Virus record (IMG/VR): IMGVR_UViG_3300009105_000002
Span: 31,320-95,319 of that record
Source of the DNA: a virus
DNA length: 64,000 nt
Reading direction: 5' to 3' (one strand)
How positions within the stretch are numbered: the stretch's first letter is position 1; each line of letters begins with the position of its first letter. The notes under the pieces are model-generated. The model had not been told where the DNA came from and ran no database searches. It saw only the letters and a list, made by a program, of their open reading frames with translations. Below, one piece after another: positions 63,873-64,000 of the stretch. A program made the translations under genes and the position numbers.

Positions 63873-63900
63873 GTATCTGTCAAGATACATTATAGGCGCT
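63873..63900 (-). other. dif-like site with degenerate XerD arm; right att of prophage 2
   Basis: Minus strand AGCGCCTATAA-TGTATC-TTGACAGATAC; same spacer and near-identical XerC arm as 11421-11448. Confidence 0.8.
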
Positions 63901-64000
63901 TTGGCTTCACCTCGAATACAGCTAGTTTATAGGGTTCAAGCTCTGCTCAGGTGTCTACGCATCCCTTTATAAACCGCTGAGCGAAGCGAAGTAATTTTTT

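Larger units (their letters stand above)
11430..63898 (-). mobile_element. Prophage 2: apparently complete ~52.45-kb podovirus-like prophage integrated at a dif-like site, no recognisable integrase
   Basis: 17-bp direct repeat AAGATACATTATAGGCG at 11430-11446 and 63882-63898; packaging, head, short-tail, ejection and recombination genes lie between them. Confidence 0.85.

Noticed and set aside
63978-63992. GCGAAGC mini-hairpin / ssi-like motif
   Set aside because: Single short motif at the window edge, outside the right att; no context to support it

Overview
The window is entirely phage-derived and holds two different tailed prophages tail-to-tail. (1) ~1-11420: the right end of a siphovirus-like element on the + strand (tape-measure C-terminus, Dit, Tal/hub, fibre/adhesin genes several of which carry Sec signal peptides, holin/spanin-like genes, morons, RHH and XRE regulators, a structured non-coding segment). 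(2) 11430-63898: an apparently complete ~52.45-kb podovirus-like prophage, almost all on the - strand (RecT-like, RepO-N, TerL, TerS, portal, scaffold, capsid, tail tube/nozzle, ejection proteins including a 2354-aa polyvalent protein). Prophage 2 is bounded by a 17-bp direct repeat that lies inside two dif-like XerC/XerD sites, one with a canonical XerD arm and one with a degenerate arm, and no integrase is recognisable in it. It therefore looks like a tailed-phage IMEX that uses host XerCD. An outward-facing promoter at the left att would reach the early operon only after circularisation, and a third, internal dif-like site is flanked by converging KOPS-like motifs. Prophage 2 also devotes ~18 kb to a glycosylation/methylation cluster: Gmd, a sugar cupin, four GT2s, two GT-C-like membrane transferases (one TMTC-like with TPRs), a CE4-like deacetylase, four radical SAM enzymes and two class I methyltransferases. 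That cluster sits inside a 21-kb segment bracketed by a perfect 28-bp inverted repeat. All calls come from reading motifs by eye; no database searches were run.
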